Part shown: piece by piece, positions 50,422 to 63,125 of the stretch
How the letters are laid out: each line of letters opens with the position of its first letter
Numbering within the stretch: the first letter of the stretch is position 1
DNA from: Bigelowiella natans CCMP2755
Lineage: Eukaryota; Protista; Cercozoa
Assembly (NCBI GenBank): GCA_000320545.1
Contig: ADNK01001316.1
Span: 22,663-86,662, forward strand
Direction: 5' to 3'
Length of the DNA: 64,000 nt
Program-made: the position numbers and the translations under genes
Notes under the pieces: model-generated
Database searches by the model: none
Seen by the model: only the letters and a program-made list of their open reading frames with translations
What the model was told of the DNA's origin: nothing

Positions 50422-51723
50422 ATGTCCGACTCGAGCATGGACACTTCCGCCCCGTATAGTATCATGGGGGTCCCAATCACCAAAAAGATAAAAACACTCG
50501 CGGTAAGAAAAGGGATTTGGAGACGAAAGGAAGCATAACTTACACTGTATTGTTTCAGCTGGCTTTTATTCTCTTCTTGGCCATAGCGATTACACAGTTG
50601 ATCGGGGCACTAATCGCAAATTCCTTGGTTTGTGAATTTCCCTTTCTGAGCTCTTTATCTGAAGTTGGAAATTCTATTAGGCACTTCTTTCGGATACATC
50701 CTCGATGTTTTTGGATGCTGTAACTTATGCTTTCAACATTTACGCTGAGGCTCAACCCAAAGAGGTGTCATAGTATTCCATTCGACTTCACTATGTTATA
50801 TGATTGGTTCCCCTTTTAAAGGACAAGCTGAAAACCCAGAAAACTCTTCTTATCGCATCGGGAATAAGTTTTTTTGCCTTGTTCGGAATTACGACGTACT
50901 TCCTGATTGATGCTGCCATGATTCTCGCTTCGAACCAGGTAAGTAAATCCTAGGTTAATGTAGTAGTCTGCGTTGAATTTGATTGTTACTTATTCAGGCC
51001 GATGATGACGACGTTAACGCTTGGATTGTGTTAGGTTTTGCAGGTATGTGCTCGATTAGTAAAATGGTGTTGGAAATAATTAAAATTTCTACATTAGTTG
51101 CAGGACTTGTCATAGACTTCAGTACTCTGTTTCCGTACTGCATTCATGGAGTCGATCAGGTAAAAGTTTTAATCTCGCCGTATTTTGTCTTCTGTTTTCC
51201 ACCTCCCTAACATTAATAACAATCAACATATCTGGGTGACTAACAGGGTGATGAGCACGATGAAGCCAGTAGGATGAATATGTGCAGTGCTCTCAGTCAC
51301 ATTCTCTCAGATACCATGAGATCTATGACAACTCTGGTTGTGAAATTTGAAACGAAAGTTATCGTCAATTCATTACTAACGAAGCGTTTTTCTCAGATTG
51401 AATCATTCGTCATTATCTACGGAAATATCAATGGCGCTAGAGCAGACGCGTACTATTTAAATATCATCAGATTTTTTGGAGAGGTTGGATTTATTCAATT
51501 TTGATAATTTCCCTTCGCAGGTTTGCGTCCCTCATCGTCTCCTCTTTGATCATAGTGGGGCTCTTCAAGTCCATGTATGACCCAATTTTTAACATTTCTT
51601 GAACGGAATAATTGTATATTACTGATCGTATTTTTACTTATCTTATACAGATCTGATTGGCTGATGGATGTGAAGAAATTCATCAATGGGAAAAACCTTG
51701 ATGAAGAAGAAGGTAGAGGATAA
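50422..51723 (+). CDS. Cation diffusion facilitator (CDF) metal transporter, TM domain only
   Basis: AITQLIGALIANSL|ALLSDTSSMFLDAVTYAFN (TM1-2), RMNMCSALSHILSDTMRS (TM5 HxxxD), ADAY|ASLIVSSLII (TM6). Stop TAA 51721-51723. Confidence 0.82.
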
Positions 51724-53003
51724 GTTGCGCTTTAGTCATCAAATTGTATGAAGCAAATGTTCTAAATGTAAAATTCTTACTGTAATTTTTGACATCTTCT
51801 CTCGTAATGAAGGCCAATCGATGCAGCAACCTGTTATGGATTCTGGGGAAGAAAACAAATCAGGTGTAATTTTTTAGGCATTTATCTAGAAGTGAATGTG
51901 ATCATCGAAGTGATACTGACGTCGAATGTTTTTTAATTCTTCAGTGTCTGCAGTCGATATCGGTGCTGTGGCTGAGGGTTAACTATTTCAAATTGTTCAT
52001 CTAATACCATAATGCAACCCCTTTAGTTATTTAGAAACTTGTTCAGTGTATCTTGTTGGAAAGATTTACGTGTTTTGAGAGTGTGGATTGAGAAAGCAAC
52101 GGTCATTTCATCAGTCATCGGATGTTGCCCATCCATTAGAGACAATATTATTAGCTCCGACATGTGTTTACCGTCATCTAGTCATCGCAATTCTTCGATC
52201 AATTCAACTTTTGTTCGTTGAGTAGTGCATCCACCACATCAGATGTATCGCAGCCGCTTACAGTCTCAATTGTCACAACAATCAATGCCTTGAACTTTCT
52301 CACACACTAGCTAGCACACACTGGCATAGCCCGCACGTGGCGCTGCAGCGCGCAACAACGCAACAACCACTCATCGTTCACTCTGATGCAAGCGAAAACA
52401 GTGTGACGGGACTTGTTCGCAGGCTATAAGGCGTGGGATCATGCATGCCGAATCGAGCTAGTGCCAATGATGTGATGTGACCTGGATGATGTGAACTAGT
52501 CATGTCAATGAAACTTTTGCGCACAAGCCAAACAGAAGGCAAAAGACAAAGACCCGCGTGCGAGCGGCATTGTGCCCCTCTAGCCCTACTAGCCTTGCCC
52601 TTTAGTTTTCCATGCATGTTGACTAGTTGAGCCAAACAATGGCGTGTAGCCTAAAGGGCTATGTGGAGCGTACCTAAACACGCAACACATTTTCTGTGAC
52701 GCATTGTTTGTGACTAAACTCATGTGTACACTTAAGAACACATGTAATCCGGTTTACATGTGCTTATTAACACGTGTACTCATCAAGCGCGTACGCTATG
52801 TAGCCTATATAAAGGGCTACAGAAATGTTGTTTTACCATGCATGAGAGTTTTGATTCATGCAAACGCAGCAGCTGCATTCAAAAAACTTTGATTGCGACT
52901 ACATTGCGTTGCCGGTGGCCGCGCAAACACATCTAATTGGCTGCTTGCAAGCTAACAAGCGCCTACAAGCTATGCTTGCACATTGCAAAGCCACATTCAA
53001 AAT

Positions 53004-53053
53004 TAGGATCGATGACAATTGAAAAATATGACACATTCGTTACATCCGTCTCA
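53004..53053 (+). repeat. Dispersed ~50-bp bipartite element, copy 6
   Basis: TAGGATCGATGACAATTGAAAAATATGACACATTCGTTACATCCGTCTCA. Confidence 0.88.
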
Positions 53054-53313
53054 TGCACACAGCTCGCTCACTCGCACACTCTTCATACATGTACAAATAG
53101 TTGGCACACGTACGACGTACGACTAAATCATTGCATGATAATACAGTTACTACAAAATAACAAGCCATGGGAGATGCGAGTAAATGATATTTCAGTTGCA
53201 TTTGTGTTCATGCAATCGCCGATTACAGTAACTGGCCAGGTGCCATACAAGTAGGTATACGTAGATAAACGAGATTAGTCCTGAAAAACTGTAGAAGGGA
53301 AAGTAGCACCATC

Positions 53314-54960
53314 TTAACATGTCCACTTCTCAGTATGCGGACGAATATCTAATTCATTTGTCCAGGCCATTTTGCTTTGGGTGTGGAGGTGATAGTAAGT
53401 CTTCGCAATCTCGGTAACATCACCAAGCTTTTCAACTGGATAGCCCTTCCTGCAACAAGTTCATAAAAGACAACTTGAGTATTCATCACACTGCATTATC
53501 ATTCAATAGGCCCTACTTTAAATTCTTTGGAGTGTTCAATCCGCAATCGAGTCTGATATGACACGCGTGTATCCCATTCTTCCCGAATTCTTTGGCTATA
53601 GACTGCCATAAACAATTATGAGACACCGAGTTCATCTATCTTTCTCTCGATAAACCCTGATTTTATCATGCGACCTGAGATAACGAACGAAGTCCAAACT
53701 TCGCAATTGAGAAAGCTGGTGATGTTGCGGATCCCCGAAATGCTAAAACGTTTGTTTATACACACGTACAACACACCCGTGCATGCTGTCATTTCAGGGG
53801 GGGCTATACACATTTTTTTTATCTACCGCTTTACAACGAATGTAGATTGAAATTGAATCCTAATAGGATCGATATGCGAGATTACATATTTCATACATTC
53901 ATTTCATAATGTTTATTTCCATGCATTCTGGGCCACTTCGTCACACATGTCTCGATTGTGGGAGTTCAGAAATAGAAGTAACAGCCAGTAGTAGCACATA
54001 CATGCATGTACATACCTGCTGTTGCACTTGTAAAGAGCAGTGACCCTGACGATTTTCTCAGCATCGCAGGTATAACAGCACGCGCACAGAGAAGAGCTAG
54101 GTGAAAGACATCGGGTCAACGATTGATAACTGGAATATATCATAGTAACATGCACACTACCTCCGAGGCACTCAACATTCCATCTTTGAATGACGACATC
54201 GATATCCATTGCCAAGATTCTGCATAATAATATGTAAGTTTGTTCTGTGTTTTGCAAGGATAATTTCGAACTTACCCTCCTTGGGTGGAAGGGCCACTCG
54301 CATTGAATACAAGACACTAGATTATCAAAAACATAGCTGTTTCTCAGTTATATTCAGCATATTTGAGTTTCCTTTGATAATATTATTGTCCTCTAAAGAA
54401 AGGGCGCTTTGTATTTACTGCTGTCGGAAGGGTAAATGAAAAAATGGTCCTTTTATTTAACTTCTGTACCTCCACATCACCAAGCTGTTTTGATACTTCT
54501 TCAAAACAAGCCTTCACTGATTATCAAGTAATAATTATGCTTGTTGATATAACTATCTGCATTTGATATGTTACCTGACTTTTTGTCGGATACGTCTACG
54601 GGAAAATGCAATGCTTTCCTTCCCCTAGCCTGGATTATATCGCACATGATGGGTTGGAATTATATCGCACATATGGTGCTAAACGAACCTTAATCTTTTG
54701 CAAAGCAGTTGCTGCACTTTTGATACTGCGCGAGCACAAAGCTATATCGTAGCCTTGCGACGAAAACTGAATGGGGTATAGAACGAGTTGATCTGTTTGA
54801 TATCATATCTCTTGGACTAACTCCTTACTTCAAGAGCAACAGCAGATCCCAGGCCAGGACCACAGCCAACTACAGCACAAACTCCCTTAGCATCCAAATG
54901 TAACTTTTTCGGGGAACGTAGTGGGCGTTGGGGAGTAGTGCTTGGGGATCCGTGAAGCAT
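53314..54960 (-). CDS. Classical short-chain dehydrogenase/reductase
   Basis: VCAVVGCGPGLGSAVA, YDIALCSRS, FPVDVSD, CLVFNASG, VIPAMLRKSSGSLLFTSATA, AFRGSATSPAFSIAKFGLRSLSQ|SIAKEFGKNGIHACHIRLD, AWTNELDIRPHTEKW. Stop TAA 53314-53316. Start uncertain. Confidence 0.88.
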
Positions 54961-56439
54961 ATTAACACTAGAAAAAAGAAATTCATCATCTTCTTTGGCA
55001 TAGCATAGACGATCGAGCTTACCACCTCTTTGTGATCTCTTAAAAGAAGTTGATGGATTCTAACTTGGAGTCTGTCCTTTCACGTGCTCTAACCCTCCAT
55101 AGGGCCTATTTCCGTCCTGCGACAAGAAATGTTATCATGTTGCATCCCTTAACTCGAAAAATTGGAAATATCTTGTTTGTCGTACACGATAAATGTGCGG
55201 AAAAATCTAACTTTTTAAATAGATATTATGGGTACTTGTCGTAAGTAGGTCTCCTGTTTGACGTTTACCCGTTAAACCCAATACAAAACACAGACATTTT
55301 TCCTCTGAAGACAATTGAACTCTACTTTATTTGGTCTGTTCGAATTCCGGTAACTACCATTCAGACAGTCCTTTTTATTGTTAATTGAGGCTTTATCCTT
55401 TGCATATACCCATAAATTATATACATTTGTATCATTTTCTCTGCACTACCGTTTGTATTGGTTCTCTATTCATCACTGTGCGAATTAACCGAAAAGATCT
55501 CTTGTATTTTGCACGGGTATTATTCAATTTTTGGTTCACTCATCATTCCTTTTTGGACAGAACAAATTGAATTGTACAAAAGTATAAAAGATATTGATTC
55601 ATAAATATATCTTAGTTATTAACTCAAAAAATGCAAAATATTGGAAACATAGAATATTTATGCCTAAATCAACGAACATAAATGTATTTTATCCATGGGC
55701 GCGCTGGTTTCAGAAAGAGAGTGAACAGCCATCATAAGAGACTTTTCTGGTACTAAAATCTCCAAAAAAGAGAGATAAACTTCCAAGAAGAGAGAGAACT
55801 TATCTCCTCCTGGTGTTCAGCTTGAGTCTATATTGCGTCTCTTAGGTCTCTCTTTATCGATGAATATTTCATCGATTTCTGTACTATAAAGTGCCATTTT
55901 ACGCTATCATGACTCACTCGTGAGATTGTTGCAACATATCGCAGATTTCATACAAAAGTACATCCTCTATTCTCCTGGAAATTCCTAAATGTACAGAGAT
56001 TCAAGAAAGCGTCTTATGACTTATAATTAATTTACCATAATTTGCATTGATTTGTTTGGTTATGAATCAGATCTGAATCTTAACACTGTTGTTGGAATCA
56101 TCATCCCCTGTTCCCCCAAGAGTCTGATCTACCCCATCTGCGGTCTTCACAACGATAGCCCCTCCCTTGGAAACGCAACGAGTAAGGTTTCCTCTCTGCT
56201 AGTGGCTAAGGTAAACCAATATATTTTGTTTTACAATTTTAGGGAGAGAATTATCGTCGTCTCCAACGAAATAGCACAAAAACGACAACTCTGTGCCTGG
56301 CGAACAAAAGTATTCTTTTCTTATTTATGAATCCCTTATCAAATGCCATCAGAGTTAGGATAGGTAGCAGGCCTACAACTGATATTTTCTCTCCATTCTC
56401 ATTAGGAACGCAAAGAAGAAAAAGAGCAAGTACAACATC

Positions 56440-57634
56440 ATGGGTCTCTGCGCTAGCAACGAGAACCCGCAATCTGCAGAGGAGAGAAAGCGTAACGAAA
56501 GGGTCACAGAGGCTCTTAGAGAACACCAAAAGAAAGTAGACGATGAGGATGCAAAGAAAATGCTTTTATTAGGGGCAGGGCAGTCCGGCAAATCTACCCT
56601 TTTTAAACAGACACAAGCTTTGTATGGGAAGAAGTTAAAAAGAGAGGAAATGGAATCTTACGTGCCTATTATCATTGGAAATACAATCTCTTCTATGCAA
56701 ACCCTTATTGAGAAATCGGAAGAATTTGCAAAGGAAGAAAAAGATGGAGAAAAATTCATGCACAAATGCCAGGAGGAAGCAAAGCTCGTTGTTGATTCTG
56801 ATAGGGAAACATTAGATGCCAAAATGGGAGAAGCGATTGCAGCTCTGTGGAGTGACGCCGGGATTCAGGCTACATTTCAGGAAAAACACAAATATCAGCT
56901 CATTGACTCGGCAAAATACTATTTCGATAATGTCAAAAAAATCTCCCAGGAAGGTTGGTTTCCAGATATGGAGGATGTCCTCCGTTCCAGAGCACGGACT
57001 ACCGGTATTGTCACCACGGAATTTGTTGTCCAGGAGCATAATTTCAAATTATTCGATGTGGGTGGACAAAAAAGTGAGAGGAAAAAATGGGTTCCTTTCT
57101 TTGAGGGAGTGGACTGTGTACTTTTCGTTGCAGCAATCAGCGGATATAACAAGGTATAGAAACACCCATCATGCCGTGTCTCCGCAAGTATAGATCACTC
57201 TTTTTCGTGGTATGTTTCTATGGATTTCCTAATAATTTTGACTTTTTGTTCAGACTCTATTTGAGGATGGTGTGACAAACCGTATGCAAGACGCGATGAA
57301 TTTGTTCCAGAAAACTGTGAAAGAGAAAATGTTGCAGAGAAGTTCTCTGGTTTTGTTTTTAAATAAGAGGGATCTTTTTGCAGAGGAGATCAAGAGGTTT
57401 CCCATTACAATTGCCCCACCACTTGCTCATTACACCGGAGATGGAAGCTACGAAGATTGCTGCAAGTTTATAACGCAGGAATTCGAAAAGATTGTACCAC
57501 AGACACGGCCTGTGACTATTCATATCACATGTGCAACTGATGCTGACAACGTGAAGGTTGTCATTGATTCCGTCAGAGAACATGTATTGAATGAGAGTTT
57601 GGCGGCAGCTGGTCTCACTAGCACGTTGCTTTAA
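56440..57634 (+). CDS. Heterotrimeric G-protein alpha subunit, 364 aa, one intron (57154-57253)
   Basis: MGLCAS (myristoylation/palmitoylation), G1 GAGQSGKST, G2 RARTTG, G3 DVGGQ, G4 NKRD, G5 TCATD. The intron joins GYNK|TLFED in phase 0. Confidence 0.97.
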
Positions 57635-58254
57635 AGCAGTAGCAATCCCACTCAGTAATTCCGCATAGTCTAAGCGATGGCAACCTCCTCCATGTTCTGC
57701 TGAATTTGGTAGGCTATATTCAGTGCATTGTCGTTTAATTGGCAATACAGATATTCTAGCCTGGGCAGGATGGAATATTAGCTGTAGGATATCCGTAAAC
57801 TATATAACGAAGTAGGTTTACAAGATAATTTGGTTGTGGAGACTGTTTAATCAGAAACGGGTGGTGTAGTTAAGATTAGATTTCACCTTTCTCATGCAAG
57901 AGCTTAAGAACTTCAGTAATTACACGTGTTCTAATTACATGCTTGGCCTAAGAGTAGAAAAAAAAACACCGTGTTTTGTTGGTTCGCAATTTGCTCGCAT
58001 GCAGCCCATATTAGAACTTTGGATTCATGCATCGGCACGACGAGTTTTCTCTCATGTAATGGAGCACCATCACGTCTACCTGTTTGTGTTTAACTGTGTT
58101 CAGCTTGACGTTACACACACATCTAGACATGATTAACGCGCACACTGCCGCATTGTTTTTTGTAAGCTTGACCGCCATGCAACTCCTACGCATGCACAGC
58201 TAGCTAGCTAGAGTCCAACAATCATGCAGCACGCATGCAACAACCACAACTGTA

Positions 58255-58783
58255 TCAATCCCGGTAATAACGAGCTAGCGAGTGGGTTTTGAACAAACTG
58301 TGCTTTGCGCGTGCGGCCTGGCGCGCTCAATCGTTGCATTTGGACATTGGAAGCACACTGGAGCCTGTTTGAGGTTCACACAAGTCCGTCAAACCTGCAA
58401 CGAATCGCCAGAATGTGCATTTGGAAGCTTTTGCACGCGACCAAGCGCGTCATGTGATGCAACAGACATTGGATTTGCTCGCATTTCTTTGAAATTTTTC
58501 GTGCACATCACATTTGGTCAAACGCACACGCAAAAGCATTCAAAATGTGGCAGAGAACAAACGCGCAGCGTGCATCCGCTACACAACGGGTGTGAATTTT
58601 CACAGCTTGAGGCCTTGAAAATGGACATTTTGTGGAATTTTGGTCAACATTTCGGTCATTTTTTCAGGTTTGGCCATCGGACAAGTTCTGATGACTTTTC
58701 TTTGACTAACTGCAACTGCCTGCTGCTTCAAAGCGCGTCGCAAAGCGCTGCACTGTTTGCAACCCCGTCGTTACCGGGTTTGA
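58255..58783. mobile_element. Possible decayed MITE-like relic
   Basis: Imperfect inverted repeats TCAATCCCGGTAATAACG (58255-58272) and CGTCGTTACCGGGTTTGA (58766-58783), 15/18 match, with weaker similarity continuing inward and A/T-tract-rich interior. No TSD or transposase seen. Confidence 0.35.
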
Positions 58784-59578
58784 CGGATTTGTGTCAAATT
58801 TGATTTTTTTTTCGAATTTCAGCTTGCATGAAAACCTCATTTTTCAACGCCTGCCAGGGGGCGAAAATTGAAAAATTCTTACCACTTTTGAACACGCTAG
58901 CGCATTTGCATTTGCGAGCCACAAGCTAGCAAGTTTTGCAAGCTCATGAGGGTGTGTGCACACTAGTTTCATGGACGTGCGAAGTTTCAGCACACGCACG
59001 CAAAAAGCATGCACCTCGGCGCACATGAACGCGCAAATGTGCACTCAATGACTCTCAATTGAAAATTCATGCCATTCGTTACACATTTGATGCAGTTGTG
59101 ACAAAGCTAGAAAGGGCAGAATTTTCTGATTTTTGCAAAGCGCGCCATGCAGCGCATGCATGCATTGCATGTACGTGATGAAGCGCATGCAACGTAACAA
59201 CTCTGGAGCTTTCGAGAGCCAACATATTATTAGATTTATTTCTACAGCGTTTGCCGCCGCGCTGGATGTGACACACTGTCTAGCTGTGTCTATAGTTGTG
59301 GGCGTTGCTACGTAGCGTGCGTGGACACGTGTCATCAGGTACGGTGTGCTATGCTACATGCACGCACACATGCTAGATATGGCTGCTAGCTGTGGCACTT
59401 ATCAACACACAGACATCGATCAGGCAATTTGACAGTCTATGGTGCATGTGGTGAACATGCAATCTAGCAATAATGGCTAGTGCATGTGATATTGATGTAA
59501 CAAGATGGCATGACACACATGCACCTACAATGCTAGAATGTGCTGAGACGTGCCGACTCCCACATAGCTTGATCAATG

Positions 59579-61600
59579 TCAACCTCCTCCCGCGACTTTG
59601 GGTTGTTTCGCTGCCGGTTCGGAGGAGAATGCAGTCGTCCCTGAAAACTGAACTGAAGGCTGCCCTCCCGTTCGGCCAGATAACCTTGCATTTTCTGCCT
59701 CCACAGATGCCACAATTCCGGGAGGTAAAACTTGTTCCTGAGGCCTCAGTGAAGCCATTCCCGGTGTCATCGTATTTTTTAGATGGTGAAGAGTCGCAAT
59801 TTGGCTTGCTTGCACCCATTCTGGAGCTTGATCCTTTGGAATCCATGTCCAGCCGTTGAAAAACTTTCCCTCATGGGGATCTTTACGTTTCGGTGCAGGA
59901 GTTGGAGCAGGAATCTTCTCAAGTTCTTTCTGAAGCTGTAGAGCGCGTGTCTTCCGATGATACTCCCTTGAAATCGAACGACGACGCTTCTCCTTACGCT
60001 CCTTCTTTCTCTCACTCGAAGTTTTTGGTCTCACTCTTTGCTGGTCTACTTGATTCTCGAGCTCCTTGTAGAGATTTGCGGTTTTAACTTCTTTAGTGTC
60101 CCCGGCCATGGCTGCATCATTGCCCATATTTCCCTCGATTATTTGGAGAATTTCAGGAAGCTTTTGGTCAATCTCCTCAACCGAAGGCACGTAGTCATCC
60201 CCCGCGCCCCCCTGTTTCATTGCATCGTACCAAAAGTAAGGAATTTTTAGAGATGATGGTTGCGCTTTCCAAAATCCCGAACAGTGGCAGTGATAAATAA
60301 ATACGCGACTATGGCGTTAGCAAAGGTGTCACTCACATCAAGTCCTGTGTCCATCATACCATTCGCTCCCCCTCCTAGTCCTCCAGTTGCTACACCGCCT
60401 CCACTGCTACTTCCAGGAACGAGCGATCTCACGATGGGTTGATTTGCCCTCCCCACTTTAATGGGTCGGTCTCCAAGCACATAGCCACCCAGCTGAATTG
60501 CAAGATCTGCGCCCTGATGATCACATTCCAAAGCAAAGCACGATAAAGATCGACAAGAATGCCATTTATTTTATGTATATGGTATACGCTGCTCGATTGA
60601 ATAATCGTGAGAATATGAAATTTGGTCTCTAGGGTATAACCATAAAACAATTTGCGACATTTCCAGCCAGGATCGACACATGAATACTAAAACAGACGAT
60701 GCAGCGGGTATTATAGCCGCTTTACACAAAATAGATGCTATCCTCCTTCATCATCATAGCCGTCGTTGCTTGCACATCCTCCTCCTCCTCCTCCTCCTCC
60801 TCCTCTCCTCCTCTTCGTTCAAACTTCTCATCAAAAGAAAAAGCTTACCTTCGCAGTCTCAAACTCAACGAAAGTGAACCACGAGGGCTCCACGTACGCA
60901 CTAGCCGTCATCCCAACCGGCGTTTCCAGGTTTCTCCTAGGGGCTAAACAGCTGACCTTGCCAACACTTGACAGGAATTCGACGAGCATGGTCTCTGTGA
61001 GCTCCTGGTGTATGAGAAGAAGAAGAAGATGATGAAGAAGAAGCAGATATATACACCGTCAGTACAGGATGATACTAATGGGATAAGGGAGGACAATAGA
61101 ATTGCCGCAGGAAATCTGGTAAAATCATTGGAAAACATTGCGAATTCTACCTGCTTTGCTCTGCTTTCATTACTACTACGTTTATATAGCTCATAACTAA
61201 TATTCGTTAACCTGCTGCAGATTGCCCACATAGCACGTGCGTCTGGTCTCATCCTTCCACCTCAGTTTGGCTCGGATAACCGTCTCGATGTAGCGGGGGT
61301 CGTCCTTGTCCGGCAATTCAAAGTCGGGATGGAGAGGAATCATCTCCAGGCTCTTTGGCACTGCGACGACGGACTTCTTCGTCTGCATCTCAGACAATAT
61401 CGGGTCGGAAGACACTTTCAAGTTCTTCGTCCCGACTGTGAGGGTAGGATCGTACTTGGGCAGGGGCGCCACCCCCATGATGCGGTTTGCTCGTGAAAGA
61501 GCGTCCTCCCCCTCCTTAACGGTGCCGTCTCTTCCCTTCCATTTCTCCTGCTCGAAGTTCGCCCATAGGCCAGCATCCCTGCAGACACCGACACGTAGTA
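59579..61600 (-). CDS. RRM-containing SR/SREK-like RNA-binding region (possibly the 3' half of the PPR gene)
   Basis: RTCYVGNL (RNP2), FTFVEFET (RNP1), AIQLGGYVLGDRPIKVGRA, RS-like KRRRSISR, DPHEGKFFNGWTW. Stop at 59579. Confidence 0.75.
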
Positions 61601-61610
61601 GCAGTAGTAA

Positions 61611-61643
<33 letters not shown>

Positions 61644-61799
61644 TAGTAGTACACGCAGTAGAAGACAGCAACCAGCTTACTCATGCTCATTGAATACTTA
61701 TGGGAGGTGCGCCACTACAACTGCGTAAATCAAGCCTTCATGCAGCTATCGCTAACGACGGAAGAGTATATGATTATGAAAGGGAAACCATTCACAGCA

Positions 61800-63090
61800 A
61801 AGGGAACGTATGCAAGAAGAGGGGGTTGTGTGCTATCACTGGCAAAGTACAACGAAGTAAGTGTTGAAAGTGAGATGCACCACCTTACGATCTCGATGGC
61901 GTCCTGTCTTCGGCCCTTCGTAAGTTGCTCAAATGCCTCGATAATCGGTTTCCAACGCGCCGCATCATCCGGCGATTGCCTTTCTGTGACTTCTAGCAGA
62001 TCCTTATATGCGACGAAGGATGGCATTGACGTGGAATTCGTCATCTCCTTCAGCGTCGATAATGCTGCCGTGGGGTCATCAAGTTTCACCTGTTTTTTAT
62101 CATTATCATCATCATCATCAGCAGCAGCATCGTTTGCGTCCTAACCATCCTCTTCGTGAAATTCTACAACTGCTCAAAGCAGCAGTTGTACATAAAATGT
62201 CTACACTTTGAATTTTGTATGTGTGCATCAACATCATTATTTATTTGTCGTTTTGATCGTCGTTGTACAACAGTACTACATGAATCTGCATGATCTTTCC
62301 AAAAGTCTCTGGCAGGGGAGTAATGTCCTCCTACAGAATACCAGCGAAGACCCGTTAGTAGTGGTTGTTTTAGTAGTAGTTTTAGCAGCAGAAGTATTTG
62401 CAAATGATGGGTAAGTAGAGGTAAACAACGGCGATACAATAGCTGCAGTGGTACTATCATCAATACGGATTTTCATAATACAAGATGACTATGAGGTCAA
62501 CAATGGCGGCGATCGTAAAGACGACGATGGTGGTCATGCTCAAGTTGTTTATGCAGTTAATATCTCCTCCATCCGACACACCACCTCCTTCATATCTTCG
62601 AACGTCTCGAGTGCCTGCTTCCAGGTGTCGGTTCTGTTTGCGTAGGCAGTTATCAAGGCTTGATACCCTGAGGTGGTAGTCAAAAGGAGGTAATAATTGC
62701 GCCATTTCAAATTAGTGGTTACCACATTTGGGAGCTGAAGAATGCAATGATGATGGAGGGATGATAGATAGATCACAGAGAATAGATTCTTGAAACCGAT
62801 ATCTCTCTCCCTCAACCCTCCTCCTCCCCTCCCCGCCACTACCATCAGCATCCAATTCCATGCCGGCTTTCATGGCGCGCTTGAAGGTGTCAATCAATCT
62901 CCGATGATTCTCGTACTTGTTATAACCGATCAACATCCACGTGTACGTATACCTTTGAAATGAAAATGGTGAATCATCACAACGATGACAAAGTTTATTA
63001 TCTAGATCAAATCACCAAATATCATAGAACCCCCCTCCCTCTCCTTCTCTTTGTCTTCAGAGACGACAACTGTTTTCCTCTAATCATCAT

Positions 63091-63125
<35 letters not shown>

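Noticed and set aside
54632-54673. 14-bp direct repeat ATTATATCGCACAT in an SDR intron
   Set aside because: A local slippage duplication with no evident function.
55050-55700. AT-rich stretch considered as an organellar or nucleomorph insertion
   Set aside because: No recognisable organellar gene in any frame; the composition matches other divergent promoter gaps.
58282-58803. 173-aa ORF inside the inverted-repeat-bounded segment
   Set aside because: No transposase or other motif, non-ATG start, and composition of the surrounding non-coding tract.
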